The position numbers and the translations under genes are program-made. Below the pieces are notes generated by a model. It made no database searches. It worked only from the letters and a program-made list of their open reading frames with translations, and was not told where the DNA came from. From Octopus sinensis (taxonomy: Eukaryota), in the NCBI RefSeq assembly GCF_006345805.1, contig NC_043001.1:15748001-15812000 (forward strand): a stretch of DNA of 64,000 bases. The letters are read 5' to 3'. Positions 11,866 through 24,615 of the stretch are shown here, in pieces; the stretch's first letter is position 1, and every line of letters begins with the position of its first letter.

Positions 11866-12439
11866 CATTCGCACGTACACCATTTTCCGCAGAGTTTCTC
11901 AGATGAGAACAAGAAACTCATTATATACACCCCCCCTCTCAAACCTCCACTTTCCACAACACACTCACACACCTCCCTCCAACCCTACCCCCCGCCACTA
12001 CCTACTCATTAACATTCACACAACTCCACTCGTTATCATTATTATTATTATTATTATATTATTATTATCGTTGGTATTATTGTCACACACCTGGTCACAT
12101 TGGTTACACACACACCACACACACCGACGCATTCACCACACACACACACACACACCTACTTATTACAACTCCACGCATTGTCAATCTACAAGGCGTGCTA
12201 ACAACAATCTTCTCTACGTTACTTAACACACCTGTTTCTATCGAATACACGTTATACCTGTGTGTATGTGTGTTGTGTATTTTGTGTGTGTGTGTGTGGT
12301 AATATATATATATATATTACACGAGTATGCATGCACACACACACACACACACCATATATATATATATATACCATACCAACATAAATGTCAACACGCATTT
12401 TATAAATGTGCGTGTTTAATGATATATATTACACACACC

Positions 12440-12472
<33 letters not shown>

Positions 12473-12643
12473 TACATTCCACGTACCCCATTTTCCGCAG
12501 AGTTTCTCAGATGAGAACAAGAAACTCATTATATACACCCCCCCTCTCAAACCTCCACTTTCCACAACACACTCACACACCTCCCTCCAACCCTACCCCC
12601 CGCCACTACCTACTCATTAACATTCACACAACTCCACTCGTTA

Positions 12644-12683
<40 letters not shown>

Positions 12684-12930
12684 CGTTGGTATTATTGTCA
12701 CACCTGGTCACATTGGTTACACACACGCACACACACCGACGCATTCACACACACACACACACACACCTACTTATTACAACTCCACGCATTGTCAATCTAC
12801 AAGGCGTGCTAACAACAATCTTCTCTACGTCTACTTAACACACCTGTTTCTATCGAATACACGTTATACCTGTGTGTATGTGTGTGTGTATTTGTGTGTG
12901 TGTGTGTGTAAGTAATATATAATATATATA
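11709..12930. repeat. Tandem duplication, ~611-bp unit x2
   Basis: cataccaacataaatg at 11761 and 12372; copies differ mainly in microsatellite lengths and small indels. Confidence 0.9.
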
Positions 12931-13133
12931 TAAACGTATAGACGCATTAAAGCAACACGGAGACACACACACACACACCGTATCATATTCATTATCAAAA
13001 TTCAAAGATAACTTTACCTCTTCAATTAACCATACGAGACAGTCACATGCAAACACGTGCTTGTAGATGTGTCTGTCTGTCTCTCCCCCTCCTCGTCACC
13101 CTCTCTCTCTCTCCTTTGGGAGAGATATTTTTA

Positions 13134-13298
13134 GGCGCAGGTGTGGCTGTGTGGTTAAGACGTTTGCTTCCTAATCACATTGTAGCCGGTTCAATTCCAG
13201 AGCGTGGGACCATAGAGCAAGCATATTTTACAATAGTCTTGGGCTGACCAGAGCCTTGTGAGTGGATTTGGTCGACGGAAACTGAAAGAAGCCCGTCA
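13134..13298 (+). mobile_element. SINE family B, 5' half
   Basis: ggcgcaggtgtggctgtgtggttaag...gaaagaagcccgtc. Confidence 0.8.
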
Positions 13299-13299
13299 A

Positions 13300-13338
<39 letters not shown>

Positions 13339-13689
13339 ACCAATTACCAACAGCCAAACTTATCTCAGCTCCAACACTGATTCCACAACCACAACTATCA
13401 CCACCGCCGCCATCCACCGGTACCATAAGAGTACCAGAGAAGTACGTCAAATGACAACATATCACATTTTTAAACGTTTTAGTTGGGGGAGGGCCAATGG
13501 TGTTTTTGCAGGGTTTTCAAAGTTAGTGGTGGAAAAGGAAGAAGAAACCACAACTCGTAGGATTATTCACGGAATAGAGGCCCGATCCGTGTTCTTGCAA
13601 CAGAAGAGATTCTGTTGAAGGAACCCAAGGACCAGGTGATGATGTTAAACTCAGTAAAGGATTAAGTCGATTATCCTAGACCAGTTACA

Positions 13690-13888
13690 ACACACCCGGG
13701 TGGGCTTCCCTACAATTTCCAATTTCCGTCCAATAAATTTCTTCCAGAAAGCTTGGGTCGATGCGAAGCAATGGTAGACGAGTCTTGCCCAGTGAGCAAT
13801 GCACTATGGTGGTGGCAGCAGGAAGCGGGGTATCGAAACCAGACCCACGCGACCGCGGAGAAGTCTCACTAACACTACCACGCCTTGC
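13690..13888 (-). mobile_element. Older tRNA-derived SINE related to family B
   Basis: Minus strand reads ggcgtggtagtgttagtgagac...gtttcgatacccc...tgggcaagactc...ggacggaaa...gaagcccac. Confidence 0.55.
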
Positions 13889-14050
13889 GCCCGTTAAGCT
13901 GGCCGTATCAAATGACCATCTGGCACAGTGGCTCTCAACCATTTTTCTTCTTTTTACCAATAAAACCCTTGGATCCCTATTATACTCTACTGGGACCTCT
14001 CCCCCTCTCCATCCGATGTTTTTAAAAATCTTGTATTTGTACATTCTTTC

Positions 14051-14246
14051 ATTCTTTTATTTGTTTGTCATTTTGACTACGGCCAAGCTGGAGCGCCACC
14101 TTTAGTCGAACAAATCGACCCTAAGACTTATTCTTTGTAGGCCTCGTACTTATTCTACAGTGTCTTTTGCCGAACCGCTAAGTTACGGGAACATAAACAC
14201 ACCAACATTGGTTGTCAAGCGATGGTGGAGGGAAACACACACACAC

Positions 14247-14287
<41 letters not shown>

Positions 14288-14324
14288 CATACATACATAC
14301 ATACATACATATATATATACATAC

Positions 14325-14376
<52 letters not shown>

Positions 14377-14533
14377 CAGACTTCTTTGAGTTTCCGCCTA
14401 CCAAATCCACTCAAAAGGCTTTGGTCGGCCTGAGGCTATAGTAGAAGACACTTGCGCCCAAGGTGCCACGCAATGGGACTAAACTCGGAACTATGTGGTT
14501 GGGAAGCAATCTTCTTACCACACAGCCACGCCT
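14051..14533 (-). mobile_element. SINE family B, full length with expanded (TA)/(TACA)/(CA) linker
   Basis: Both halves are colinear with the consensus. Confidence 0.9.
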
Positions 14534-15228
14534 GTTAAATATAGTTAAATATTATTAGGAATTATTATAAAATTTTAAAAAACTGGACCGTGGCTTCAAT
14601 GCCCCTAAATCACAGTTCTGCCCGTGGAGATACGACCTAGGGCTAAACAGCAGCAAAAACGACCACAATATTCGCTCCCCTTGCAAAGATACGAACCAGT
14701 AATCCATAGATCGTGTAGTCCGGCATTCTACAAACTTTGCCACCTGCAACAGTTACACACGGCAATAGAAGTTATATACAAGAGGAGGATGAGGAGAAGG
14801 GGGGGGGAGAAGGCAAGAGAAAAAGGGAGGAGGATGAGGCAGGATGAGGAGGAGTAAGAGATGTAGGGGGAGTGTTCAGGTGATTGGGAAGAAACTGATT
14901 CTCTCTGTAAACGTGTTAAACTCCTCGGATTAGTGTCAGCTCCTTGTTAAGTGGGGAACCTTTTCCGCAGCTGATAAAATGACCGTCGCCAGCACCAGCC
15001 CCACTCCCAGCTCCTCCTCCACCACCACCGCCACCACCACTTCTTACAAAATATACTTATGTATCAATCTGCCTTCTGAAACACACACACACAGACACAC
15101 GCATACACACACACACACACACAGTGTCCGTTTTTACTTCCATCGCCATGAGCCAAACAAGGTGCCCCTTACGTGGCTGATCGACCCGCTAGAAATAGCA
15201 AGTAAATCTTCCTCAAATCATATGGCAT

Positions 15229-15623
15229 TCTCTTATTTCTTTCAGTCATTTGACTGCGGCCATGCTGGAGCACCACCTTTAGCCGAACGAATGGATCCCA
15301 GGACTTATTCTTTGTAAGACTAGTACTTATTCTATCCGTGTTTTTTGCCGAACCGCTAAGTTACGGGGGCCGTAAACACACCAGCATCGGTTGTCAAGCG
15401 ATGGTAGGGGGACAAACACAAGACACACACATACATAAACACACACGCACATTATATATATATATAATATATCGGGCTTCTTTCAGTTTCCGTCTACCAA
15501 ATCCGCTCACAAGGCGTTGGTCGGCCCGAGATTATAGTAGAAGACACTTGCTCAAGGTACCACGCAGTGGAACTGAACTCGGAACCATGTGGTTGGTAAG
15601 CAAGCTACTTACCACACAACCGC
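15229..15623 (-). mobile_element. SINE family B, full length
   Basis: Both halves present. Confidence 0.9.
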
Positions 15624-15819
15624 TTGGTGTCGTCTTATAGAGCATAAACGCGAAAACGGACGTTCTTTGACGTGTTCCTTTGACATATGAAAAGGGGGGA
15701 AGCGGGATGGGTACGGCTGGAATGTCGTTTGACCATTGGCCTGCTAAATCACAGCCCGAGCTGGAGCAAAACAACAAAACTACCATCGGCAACATCATCT
15801 CGTCTCTCAGTAGATATGC

Positions 15820-16330
15820 ATGTCGATGTGTGAAGCGTGTGAGTGTGAGTGTGAGTGTGTGTGTGTGTGTGGTAATATGTGAGTGTGTGTGAATAGGTGT
15901 GACATCTGATGTGTGAGTGTATGCTGTGTGGTGTATCGATGTGTGTGTATGTGAGATGTATGAGTGTGTGTATATGTGTGATTTATGTGTGATGTATGTG
16001 GGTGATGTGTGTGTGCTGTGTGAGTGTCTGAATGTGTGTGTGACATCTGATGTGAGTGCGTGTTGTGTGGTATATGAATGTGTGTGTATGTGTGTTGTAT
16101 AATGTATGCATGAGTGTGTGTGTTTTTTGAGTGTGAGGTGTGTGTTGTGTGATGTGTTTGTGTGAGTATGTTGTGCGATGCATGAGTGTGTGTGTATTGT
16201 GCATTATGTGATGTGTGATGCGTGTGTGTGCGCGATGAGTGCGTGTGTATTGTTTCATGTGTGTGTGTCGTGTGAAGTGTGTAAATGTGATGTATGAGTG
16301 TGTTTTCGTGAATGTATGTGTGTGTGTGTG
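15820..16330. repeat. Degenerate (GT)-rich array
   Basis: Direct inspection. Confidence 0.9.
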
Positions 16331-16868
16331 TGTGTGTGTGTACGTAACGATATGAGTCTCTTCATCCTTGCCTACACTCAAATACCTTCACCTCAACCAC
16401 CACGACTACAACCACCACTGCACAACCACTACCAACACCACCGACAAGTCATGCGTATAAAGGTTATCAGTATATCTTGCTGCATGCATGAGTGGTCAGA
16501 GCAGGGGTTGGGGATAATAAAAAGAAAGGGAAAAAACCCATTTAACCCCCACCCACATACCCGTATCAGTATTCGAACATGGAGATTTAGTTTCGGGTAT
16601 GAAGGTCTCTTATTTGTTTTTATTTATTTGGTCGATCGACTAACCCCTTGCTTTCCTTCACCCACACCATCGTCATCGGCCCCGCACCCCGTTTAACAGC
16701 ATCGTGGGGTGTGAAGCGGGTGGATGTAGTGAGGAGGTAGCGTGGAGGACATGGATTACCGGTGTAAGCCCATGGTAAGACATTCGGGTACCGCAGAAAT
16801 CTTCTTTTACTTGTTTCAGTCACTGGACTGCGGCCATGCTGGGGCATCTCCCTGAAGGTTTTTCAACC

Positions 16869-16990
16869 AGCGGTTCTCAACCGCAGTTCTCAGGGTCGTT
16901 CACATACGGCCCTGAAGCATCCTTCCGGTGGCCCCAACGGCCTTTCCTCTATAAATGTAATGATATTTTCTTTAACTCACTTGTTTTACC
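16869..16990. mobile_element. hAT-type MITE, left portion
   Basis: cagcggttctcaaccgc terminus; similar to 21654-21760. Confidence 0.6.
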
Positions 16991-17019
16991 CTTTCTGGTG
17001 TGACCCCTTCAAAAAATCC

Positions 17020-17620
17020 AGGTTTATTTCGACCCCAGTGCGTAGCTGGTACTTATTTAATCGACCCCGAAAGGATGAAAGGCAAAGTCGACCTCGGCGG
17101 AATTTGAACTTAGAACGTAAAGACAGACGAAATACCTATTTCTTTACTACCCACAAGGGGCTAAACACAGAGGGGACAAACAAGGACAGACAAACGGATT
17201 AAGTCGATTTATTCATTTCGACCCCAGTGCGTAACTGGTACTTAGTTAATCGACCCCGAAAGGATGAAAGGCAAAGTCGACCTCAGAACGTAGCGGCAGA
17301 CGAAATACCGCTAAGCATTTCGTCCAGCGTGCTAACGATTCTGCCAGCACGTCTTTGCCTTAATAATAATAATTTTGGCGCCATAAGTTTGTAGAGAAGG
17401 AGAAAAGTCGATTACTTCGACTCTAGTATTTGACTTGTCCCTTTATTTTATTGAACCCTGAAGGATGAAAGATAAGGCTGGCCTCGGTGGGATTTGAACT
17501 CTGAATGTAAAGAGCCGGAACAAATAACAAAAACAAATCATTTTTGTCCGAGGTTTAACGATTATACCTCTAAGCATTTCGCCCAGCGTGCCAACGTTTC
17601 TGCCAGCTAGCCGCCTCACC
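17020..17620 (-). mobile_element. SINE family A tandem form plus a degraded copy
   Basis: Body repeated with junction gaaatacc|tatttctttactac at about 17136. Confidence 0.85.
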
Positions 17621-17930
17621 ATCTTTATATAGTTCTGGCACAAAGGTCTATCTTCAGAAGTATACACTCAAAGAAATTTGTATTTACGTAGATCCTGCCG
17701 GATAGCCGGATGAACAGTAAGCCCAGTTTTAGTCCGGTGCTTGTGCTAGTGGTATATTTGATAATATTCAGAATAAACTGTGGCGGTGATACACTGGATT
17801 CAAACGTTTGTGTGTGTGTCAATGCACACCTTGGAGTAAGTATTTGCGTGTCTGCACATGTATGTGTATGTCTGTATGAATATCACCATGTTTGTATCTG
17901 CTAGTGTATATGTGTATGTATGTGTGTGTC

Positions 17931-18256
17931 ATATTCGACACGTTCGATTGTATTCGGACATGATAAGACCTTTCGCAGCGGAGATAGACCCAGGAGATTT
18001 TTTTTTTTTTATTTAACACTGCTTCACACATACACACTCGTGTGTGTGATATTCGACGCGTTCGACTGTATTCGGACATGATAAGACCTTTCGCGGCGGA
18101 GATAGTCACGGGAGAATTTTTTTTTTAACACTGCTTCACACACACACGAGTCAGTGTGCGTGATATTCGACACGTTCGACTGTATTCGGACATGATAAGA
18201 CTTTTCGCGGTGGAGATAGTCACAGGAAAAAAATTTTTTATTCAACACTGCTTCGT
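17931..18256. repeat. CpG-rich minisatellite, ~114-118 bp x3
   Basis: atattcgac at 17931, 18049 and 18163; conserved gtattcggacatgataagac core followed by a T-run. Confidence 0.9.
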
Positions 18257-18290
18257 ACAACATATACATACATTCATATCTACACACGCA

Positions 18291-18321
<31 letters not shown>

Positions 18322-18840
18322 TTTGTCCGTATTTGTGTGTAACGATTGTTCCTCTATTCCAGGCGTCTTAACCATCCACTAGTGTAGAACGTATATCTAC
18401 CATAGGGTCAGCGGTTGCTCAGGGTTGTGTTATCGTATGACGTCCTGGCCCCAGAGCCCTCTCCCGTGTATACGGACCATGATATCGCTGGTATCGCTTA
18501 TGCCGTACCATTTTCCCTTGAAATGTCACAGAACATTCCAGACATGCGATTCACAGCCATAACTGTGCTTTGCAAACACTTTGTTAAATGACAAACACCG
18601 TCAGCCCCACAGCCCCCTAAAAGTCACGATCACCATCACCATCATCAATTGCAACAACAAAAGCGACTATCTGCAAGGCAACAAAATTAAACACCGACTG
18701 CAACTAGCAACATCATGTTGCAGCACTTACCGCCGCCAGTAAAAACAATACTAAATGACACCAGCAACATGAGGAACAATAATACAATCTTACTTTTGTA
18801 AGAGAAAAACAAAACAAAAAACAAAAGATAGATAGAGATA

Positions 18841-19165
18841 GGCGCAGGAGTGGTTGTGTGGTAAGAAGCTTACTTCCCAACTACATGGTTCCGGGTTCAG
18901 TCCCACTGCGTGGCACCTTCAGCAAGTGTCTTCTACTATAGCCTTGGGAGTGGATTTGGGAGACGGAAACTAAAAGAAGCCTGTCGTATTCTCTTTTTCT
19001 TGTTTCAGTCATGTGACTGTGGCCATGCTCGAGCACCACCTTTAGTAGAGCAAATCGAGCCCAGGATTTATTCTATTGGTCTCTTTTGCCGAACCGCTAA
19101 GTTACGGGAACGTAAACACACCAGCATCGGTTATCAAGCGATGTTGGGTGGACAAACACAGACAC
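18841..19165. mobile_element. SINE B with 5' half (+) joined to an inverted 3' half (-)
   Basis: ggcgcagg...gaagcctgtcgt, then cttgtttcagtcat...gacaaacacag. Confidence 0.75.
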
Positions 19166-19331
19166 ACAAACATATACACACACACACATACAAACATACA
19201 TACATACATACATATATATATATTTAAAATTTAATTTTGTTTTTTGTATTTATATTCCTGTGGCATCGTCCGCCTTTCTGTCCCTGTTTCGTATACATTC
19301 GATCCTCTTTTCAAGAAATCTAATGCTCGCA

Positions 19332-19478
19332 GCTTAGTTTTTCCTTGGGGCTGGCCGGATCTGAGCGAATCTAGGATTAATTAGCCGAAATTTGCTAGGA
19401 CGATCCGGTTCTGACTGAAGATTAGAGGCTTCGAATGACCCGTCCGTTTTTTTGTGTCGTCTCTTTGTGTTTTTTTTA
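19332..19478 (+). mobile_element. Short (TA)n-embedded interspersed element (Penelope-like end?)
   Basis: Reverse-complement copy at 29004-29150. Confidence 0.6.
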
Positions 19479-19552
19479 CGTTCTTGTCCCTTTTTATATA
19501 TAATTTTTATACTATATATATATATATTAATATATATATATATACACATATA

Positions 19553-19925
19553 TACGACGGGCTTCTTTCAGTTTCCGTCTACCAAATCCACTCACAAGGC
19601 TTTGGTCGGCCCGAGGCTATAGCAGAAGACACTTGTCCAAGGTGCTACGCAGTGGGACTGAACCCGGAACCATGCAGTTCGTAAGCAAGCTACTTACCAC
19701 ACAACCACTCCTACGCCTATATGTGTGTGTGCGTGTTTGTCTTCCCACACACACACACACACATAGGCGATGTTGGTGTGTTTATGTCCCCCGTAACTTA
19801 GTGGTTCGGCTACAGAAATCCGATAGAATAAGTACCAGGCTTACAAAGAATAAGTCCTGGTGTCGATTTCTTTTACTCAATGCGGTGCTCCAGCATGGCC
19901 GCGCTCAAATAACTGAAACAAGTTT
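19553..19925. mobile_element. SINE B with inverted 5' half (-) followed by 3' half (+)
   Basis: gacgggcttctttcag...cctacgcc, then tgtttgtc...cttagtggttcggc...ctgaaacaag. Confidence 0.75.
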
Positions 19926-20467
19926 GAAATTAGGTTTTAAAAAAAAAAAGAAAGGACGTAGACAGACAGACAGACAGACAGCTGGACAGACAGGCAACCA
20001 GACAGAAAGACTTGCAGTAGAGATAGACAGACAGACAAAGATAACAGAAATGTAAAAAGTGCCGAGAATAAATAAAAGCCAAAAGGATTTTTATATAAAA
20101 CGAAATACAATTAAAGACGTTGGTAGGATTTTCTTGACTGCATATTTATTAGCTTTGTCAATAGAGCAATGGCTATTTTGGCATGGATGACCACTGGTCA
20201 AAGTTAACTACATGAAATGTACACAAAACAGCGGTGGACAGAGATACATATAAACAAACAAGGGGGGCTTCGTAAACTAACGAGTACGGCCACAAAGATA
20301 ACAATCGTTAAATATACACTGAACTGACCTGTGGTGAGGGAAATGACCAATGTCTTAATTAAACTGACCTCCCAGCCTGAAATGACCACGGCCTTAAATA
20401 AACTCAAAATCAGAACTGACCAGGGGCTACAAAAAAAACAACAAGTGTTGGCCGGTAATCTTTTATT

Positions 20468-20865
20468 CTTTTCTTTTACTGGTTTCAGTCATTTGACTGC
20501 GGCCTTGCTGGAGCATCGCCTTGAAGAGTTTTAGCCGAACAAACCGATTCCAGGACTTTTTAAAGCCTGGTACTTATTCTATCGGTTTCTCTTTGCCGAA
20601 CCGCTACGTTACGGGAACGTAAACACACCAACACCGGTTGTCAAGCGATAGTAGAGGACAAACACAGACACAAATATACACATATATATATATATATATA
20701 TATGATGGGCTTCTTTCAGTTTCCGTCTAACAAATCCGCTCACAAGGCTTTGGTGGGCCTGGGGCTGTAGTAGAAGACACTTGCCCAAAATGTCACGCAG
20801 TGGGACTGAACCCAGAACAACGTGGTTGAGAAGCAAGCTTCTTACCACACAGCCACGCCTGCGCC
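20468..20865 (-). mobile_element. SINE family B, full length
   Basis: Both halves present. Confidence 0.9.
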
Positions 20866-20979
20866 TATATGTTCGTGGTAAGGCTGTAAACACTCTTGTT
20901 TCTGGGCCACCGCGTTTAGCGATTTCGAGTCAACGAGGGATCAGCTACATTGATAATGTAGTCCGGGATGCCCTTCACA

Positions 20980-21330
20980 TTCCGAGTTCAAATTCCGCCG
21001 AGGTCGACTTTGCCTTTCATCCTTTCGGGGTCGATTAAATAAGTACCAGTTGCGCACTGGGGTCGATATAATCGACTTAATCCGTTTGTCTGTCCTTGTT
21101 TGTCCTCTCTGTGTTTAGCTCCTTGTGGGTAGTAAAGAAATAGGTATTTCGGCAACCGTTACGTTCTGAGTTCAAATTCCGCCAAGGTCGACTTTGCCTT
21201 TCATCCTTTCGGGGTCGATTAAATAAGTACCAGTTACGCACTCGGGGCCGATGTAATCGACTTAATCTCTTTGTCTGTCCTTGTTTGTCCCCTCTATGTA
21301 TAGTCCCTTGTGGGCAGTAAAGAAATAAGT
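20980..21330 (+). mobile_element. SINE family A body, tandem dimer
   Basis: Period about 184 bp; junction aagaaata|ggtatttc at 21142/21143. Confidence 0.85.
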
Positions 21331-21653
21331 ATATGTTCGCTATTGTTTTAACCTGGTTGTTTCTGTTACCGACTCAAACCAATCACTGCCTCTGCCTCCC
21401 TCCCTCCCTCTATCTCTCTTGTGACCTATTATCTTAAACTTACTAACCTCTGACCTACGGATCACAACAACAAGACTTAAAATAAACTAACCAGTGGCAG
21501 CCAGCAAGAGACATCATGACACACAAGAAGATAAAACCTCTTAAGCCACCAACGAAGACAGGGGCCTCTACGCGGTTGATCGACCTACTAGAAATAGCAG
21601 CCAAATCTCATTATTTTGACTCAAAAAAGACATAAGTTAATGTGGTCCTAAAT

Positions 21654-21838
21654 CAGCAGTTCTCAACCGCGGCTCCAAGGGCCACATGCAGCCTTGAAGC
21701 GTCCTTCAAGCGTTCCTCGAAGCGGCCCACGACGGCCTTCCCTTTATGAACATAATAAAATTTTCTTTAGCTGAATTTTTTTTTTGTGCGGCTCTCTATT
21801 GCATCTGTCCTAGATATTAAAAAGGTTAAGGACCACTG
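21654..21838. mobile_element. hAT MITE (185 bp)
   Basis: TIRs cagcagttctcaacc / ggttaaggaccactg; 8-bp flanks tcctaaat / tctcaaat. Confidence 0.7.
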
Positions 21839-22299
21839 TCTCAAATACGCTTACACCGACTTGAGAGAAAACAGCAACTGATGGCAGCCACAGACTAGAA
21901 GGGAGCTGAGGGCGGTCACAGACTAGAAGGGATCTTCTGTAACAAGTTCCCTTAACTAATTGCAGGGGTAAATTTCAAGTACATAAAAAACATGTTAAGG
22001 CGCATCGAAGGAACCTTTTATTTCACAATTTATATTTATTGTGAAGGCGCGTGGCCTGGTGGTAAGGCCGTTGCATTCACGATCGCTGGATCGCGGGTTC
22101 GATTCCCTGAGTGGGCGGCGCGTTGTGTTCTTGAGCAAAACACTTCATCTCACGTTACTCCAGACGATCAAGGTGGAATGTTGACCTGCTCGCCTTAAGA
22201 CACTCTAATGATGGCCATCCTGAAAGGAGTATCCTATCCGATGTTTCCTAATTACCAATAAGAAACATACAGAAATGTATATCCACGCATATGTGTGTA

Positions 22300-22622
22300 T
22301 ATCACGCCAGTACTTTTTCCCTTTAAACCTGGTACTTATTTTATAGCTCACTATTGTCGAACCGCTAAGTTATGGGTACGCAAACACCGGTTGTCAAGCG
22401 GTGATGGGGATAAACAGAGACACAAAGGCACAGGTACGCACACACACACACATACACACATATATACAAGGGCTTCTTTCAGTTTCCACCTACAAACCAC
22501 TCACAAGGCTTTGGTCGGCCCGAGGCTATAGCAGAAGACATTTGCCCAAGGTGCTACGCAGTGGGACTGAACCCAGAACCATGTGATTGGGAAGCAAGCT
22601 GTCTGCCACATGGCCACGCCTA
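22300..22622 (-). mobile_element. SINE family B (diverged)
   Basis: Both halves recognisable. Confidence 0.75.
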
Positions 22623-23027
22623 TGCATCCCTATCACACAGCCACACCTGTGATTATCATAAATAAGAATATTCTGTCTCTGAAGGAGACTAGTATGGGAT
22701 ATGCAAATCTGGTTGTTTGACCTGAGAGCTCAACACTGATTAAGTAAACTTATAATCAAAGACTCTCCAATTATGACCTTCCTAAATGCATCAAGGAAGC
22801 ACAACATTGTCTGCTGGATCCTTCTTGACCAATAAGAGAAACACATACATAATTGTGTGCAAGTTTATAAACACATGTTTGCGAGTATATATATGTGTAA
22901 CTGTAAGCACGTGTTGGTGTGTGTGTGTATGGGGGGGCGCGAGTGTCCAAAAATCAAAGAAGGGGTCTGTTGGTATGAAATGTAAACACAGGTACACACG
23001 TTTGAGAACAAGCTGTCATTTGCAGTA

Positions 23028-23058
<31 letters not shown>

Positions 23059-23440
23059 CACACACACTCACACACACACACTCACACACACACACACTCA
23101 CACACACACTCACACACACACACACACTCCACCACACACTCACACACACACACACTCACCACACACACTCACACACACACTCACACACACACACACACAC
23201 ACTCACACACACACACACACTCACACACACACACACACACTCACACTCACACACACACACACACACACGAAGAAGCGAACAAACTATTGAAGACAAGCAA
23301 GAGAAAAAAAATGCACAGACACAAATATACAGATGTGGAAAGACAAAGGACAAACACACCGAAACGTACAAAGGATTAATAACAAACACATGCAGAAAAT
23401 GCTAAAACAAATAGAGAGAGAGAGAGAGGGGGGACTGAGG

Positions 23441-23508
23441 CAGCGTTTTCCAGACTGTGGGGGCCCGACCCTTCAGTGGGTCGCGATAAAAACGTTTGAA
23501 ATACGCTG
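23441..23508. mobile_element. Miniature hAT-type MITE (68 bp)
   Basis: TIRs cagcgttttccagac / gtttgaaatacgctg; 8-bp TSD gactgagg / gactaagg. Confidence 0.7.
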
Positions 23509-23562
23509 GACTAAGGCATACACACATACATTCATACATACATATGTACACACACACACACA

Positions 23563-23662
23563 NNNNNNNNNNNNNNNNNNNNNNNNNNNNNNNNNNNNNN
23601 NNNNNNNNNNNNNNNNNNNNNNNNNNNNNNNNNNNNNNNNNNNNNNNNNNNNNNNNNNNNNN
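23563..23662. other. Assembly gap (100 N)
   Basis: Run of N between (CA)n and (TA)n tracts. Confidence 1.
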
Positions 23663-23720
23663 ATATATTAACCCCTCCCAATACCACTGCTTGTACCACC
23701 ACCACAACCATATCTACCAC

Positions 23721-24043
23721 TAGGAGCACTCCGTCAGTTACAACGAGGGCTCTAGTTGATCCGGTCAATGAAACAGCTTGCTTGTGAAATTAACGTGCAA
23801 GTGGCTGAGTACTCCACAGACACGTGTACCCTTAACGTAGTTCTCAGGGAGATTCAGCATGACACGGAGAGTGACAAGGCTGGCCCTCTGAAATACAGGT
23901 ACAACTCATTTTTGTCAGCTGAGTGGACTGGGGCAACGTGAAATAAAGTGTCTTGCTCAAGGACACAACGCGTCGCCGGGAATTGAACTCACAAACCTTA
24001 CGATCATGAGCCGAACGCCCTAACCACTAAGCCACGCACCTTC
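23721..24043 (-). mobile_element. SINE family C, full length, with 14-bp TSD
   Basis: accatatctaccac at 23707-23720 and 24044-24057. Confidence 0.9.
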
Positions 24044-24583
24044 ACCATATCTACCACCACCACTACAACCATATCTACCACGACAACCACCCACCCCACC
24101 ACAACCATTAACCCCATTGCTACCTACCACAACTGCCACTACGTCATTATCACAACCACCACAACCGCTACAACATGTACTACAAGATTTATTTGTTTTT
24201 GATCCCACTAGTCAAGCAGGTTGGCTATGGAAGGAAGCGTTTGTGCTGTTCACTTTCAGGTGGCTTTGGTGATTGTGGCGTGTTCAGAAACGGGTGGGGT
24301 GGTGGGGTATGTTAAGGTGAGGGGTGGGAGCAAAGGAATGGAGTGACATTAAACTACTACTACTACTACTATACCACCACCACCACCACCACCACCGACA
24401 CTATTGCTATCCTAGACTGCTATTTCTAACCATATTCATCAATACTACTATAGCCTAAATCACCTCTACTACTACTGCTGCTGCTACTACTACTACCACT
24501 ACTACTACCACTACTACTACTGCCACTGCTACCACCACCACCACCATTGCTATCCTAGACTGCTATTTCTAACCATATTCATC

Positions 24584-24615
<32 letters not shown>

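Noticed and set aside
11203-11883. Long C/V/Y/I/H/T-rich ORFs (also 36313-36995, 38731-39538, 39581-40285, 45285-45870)
   Set aside because: Dinucleotide repeat artefacts.
19415-19445. ctgaaga...cgaa as a hammerhead core
   Set aside because: No stem II between the core halves, and GAAU replaces GAAA.
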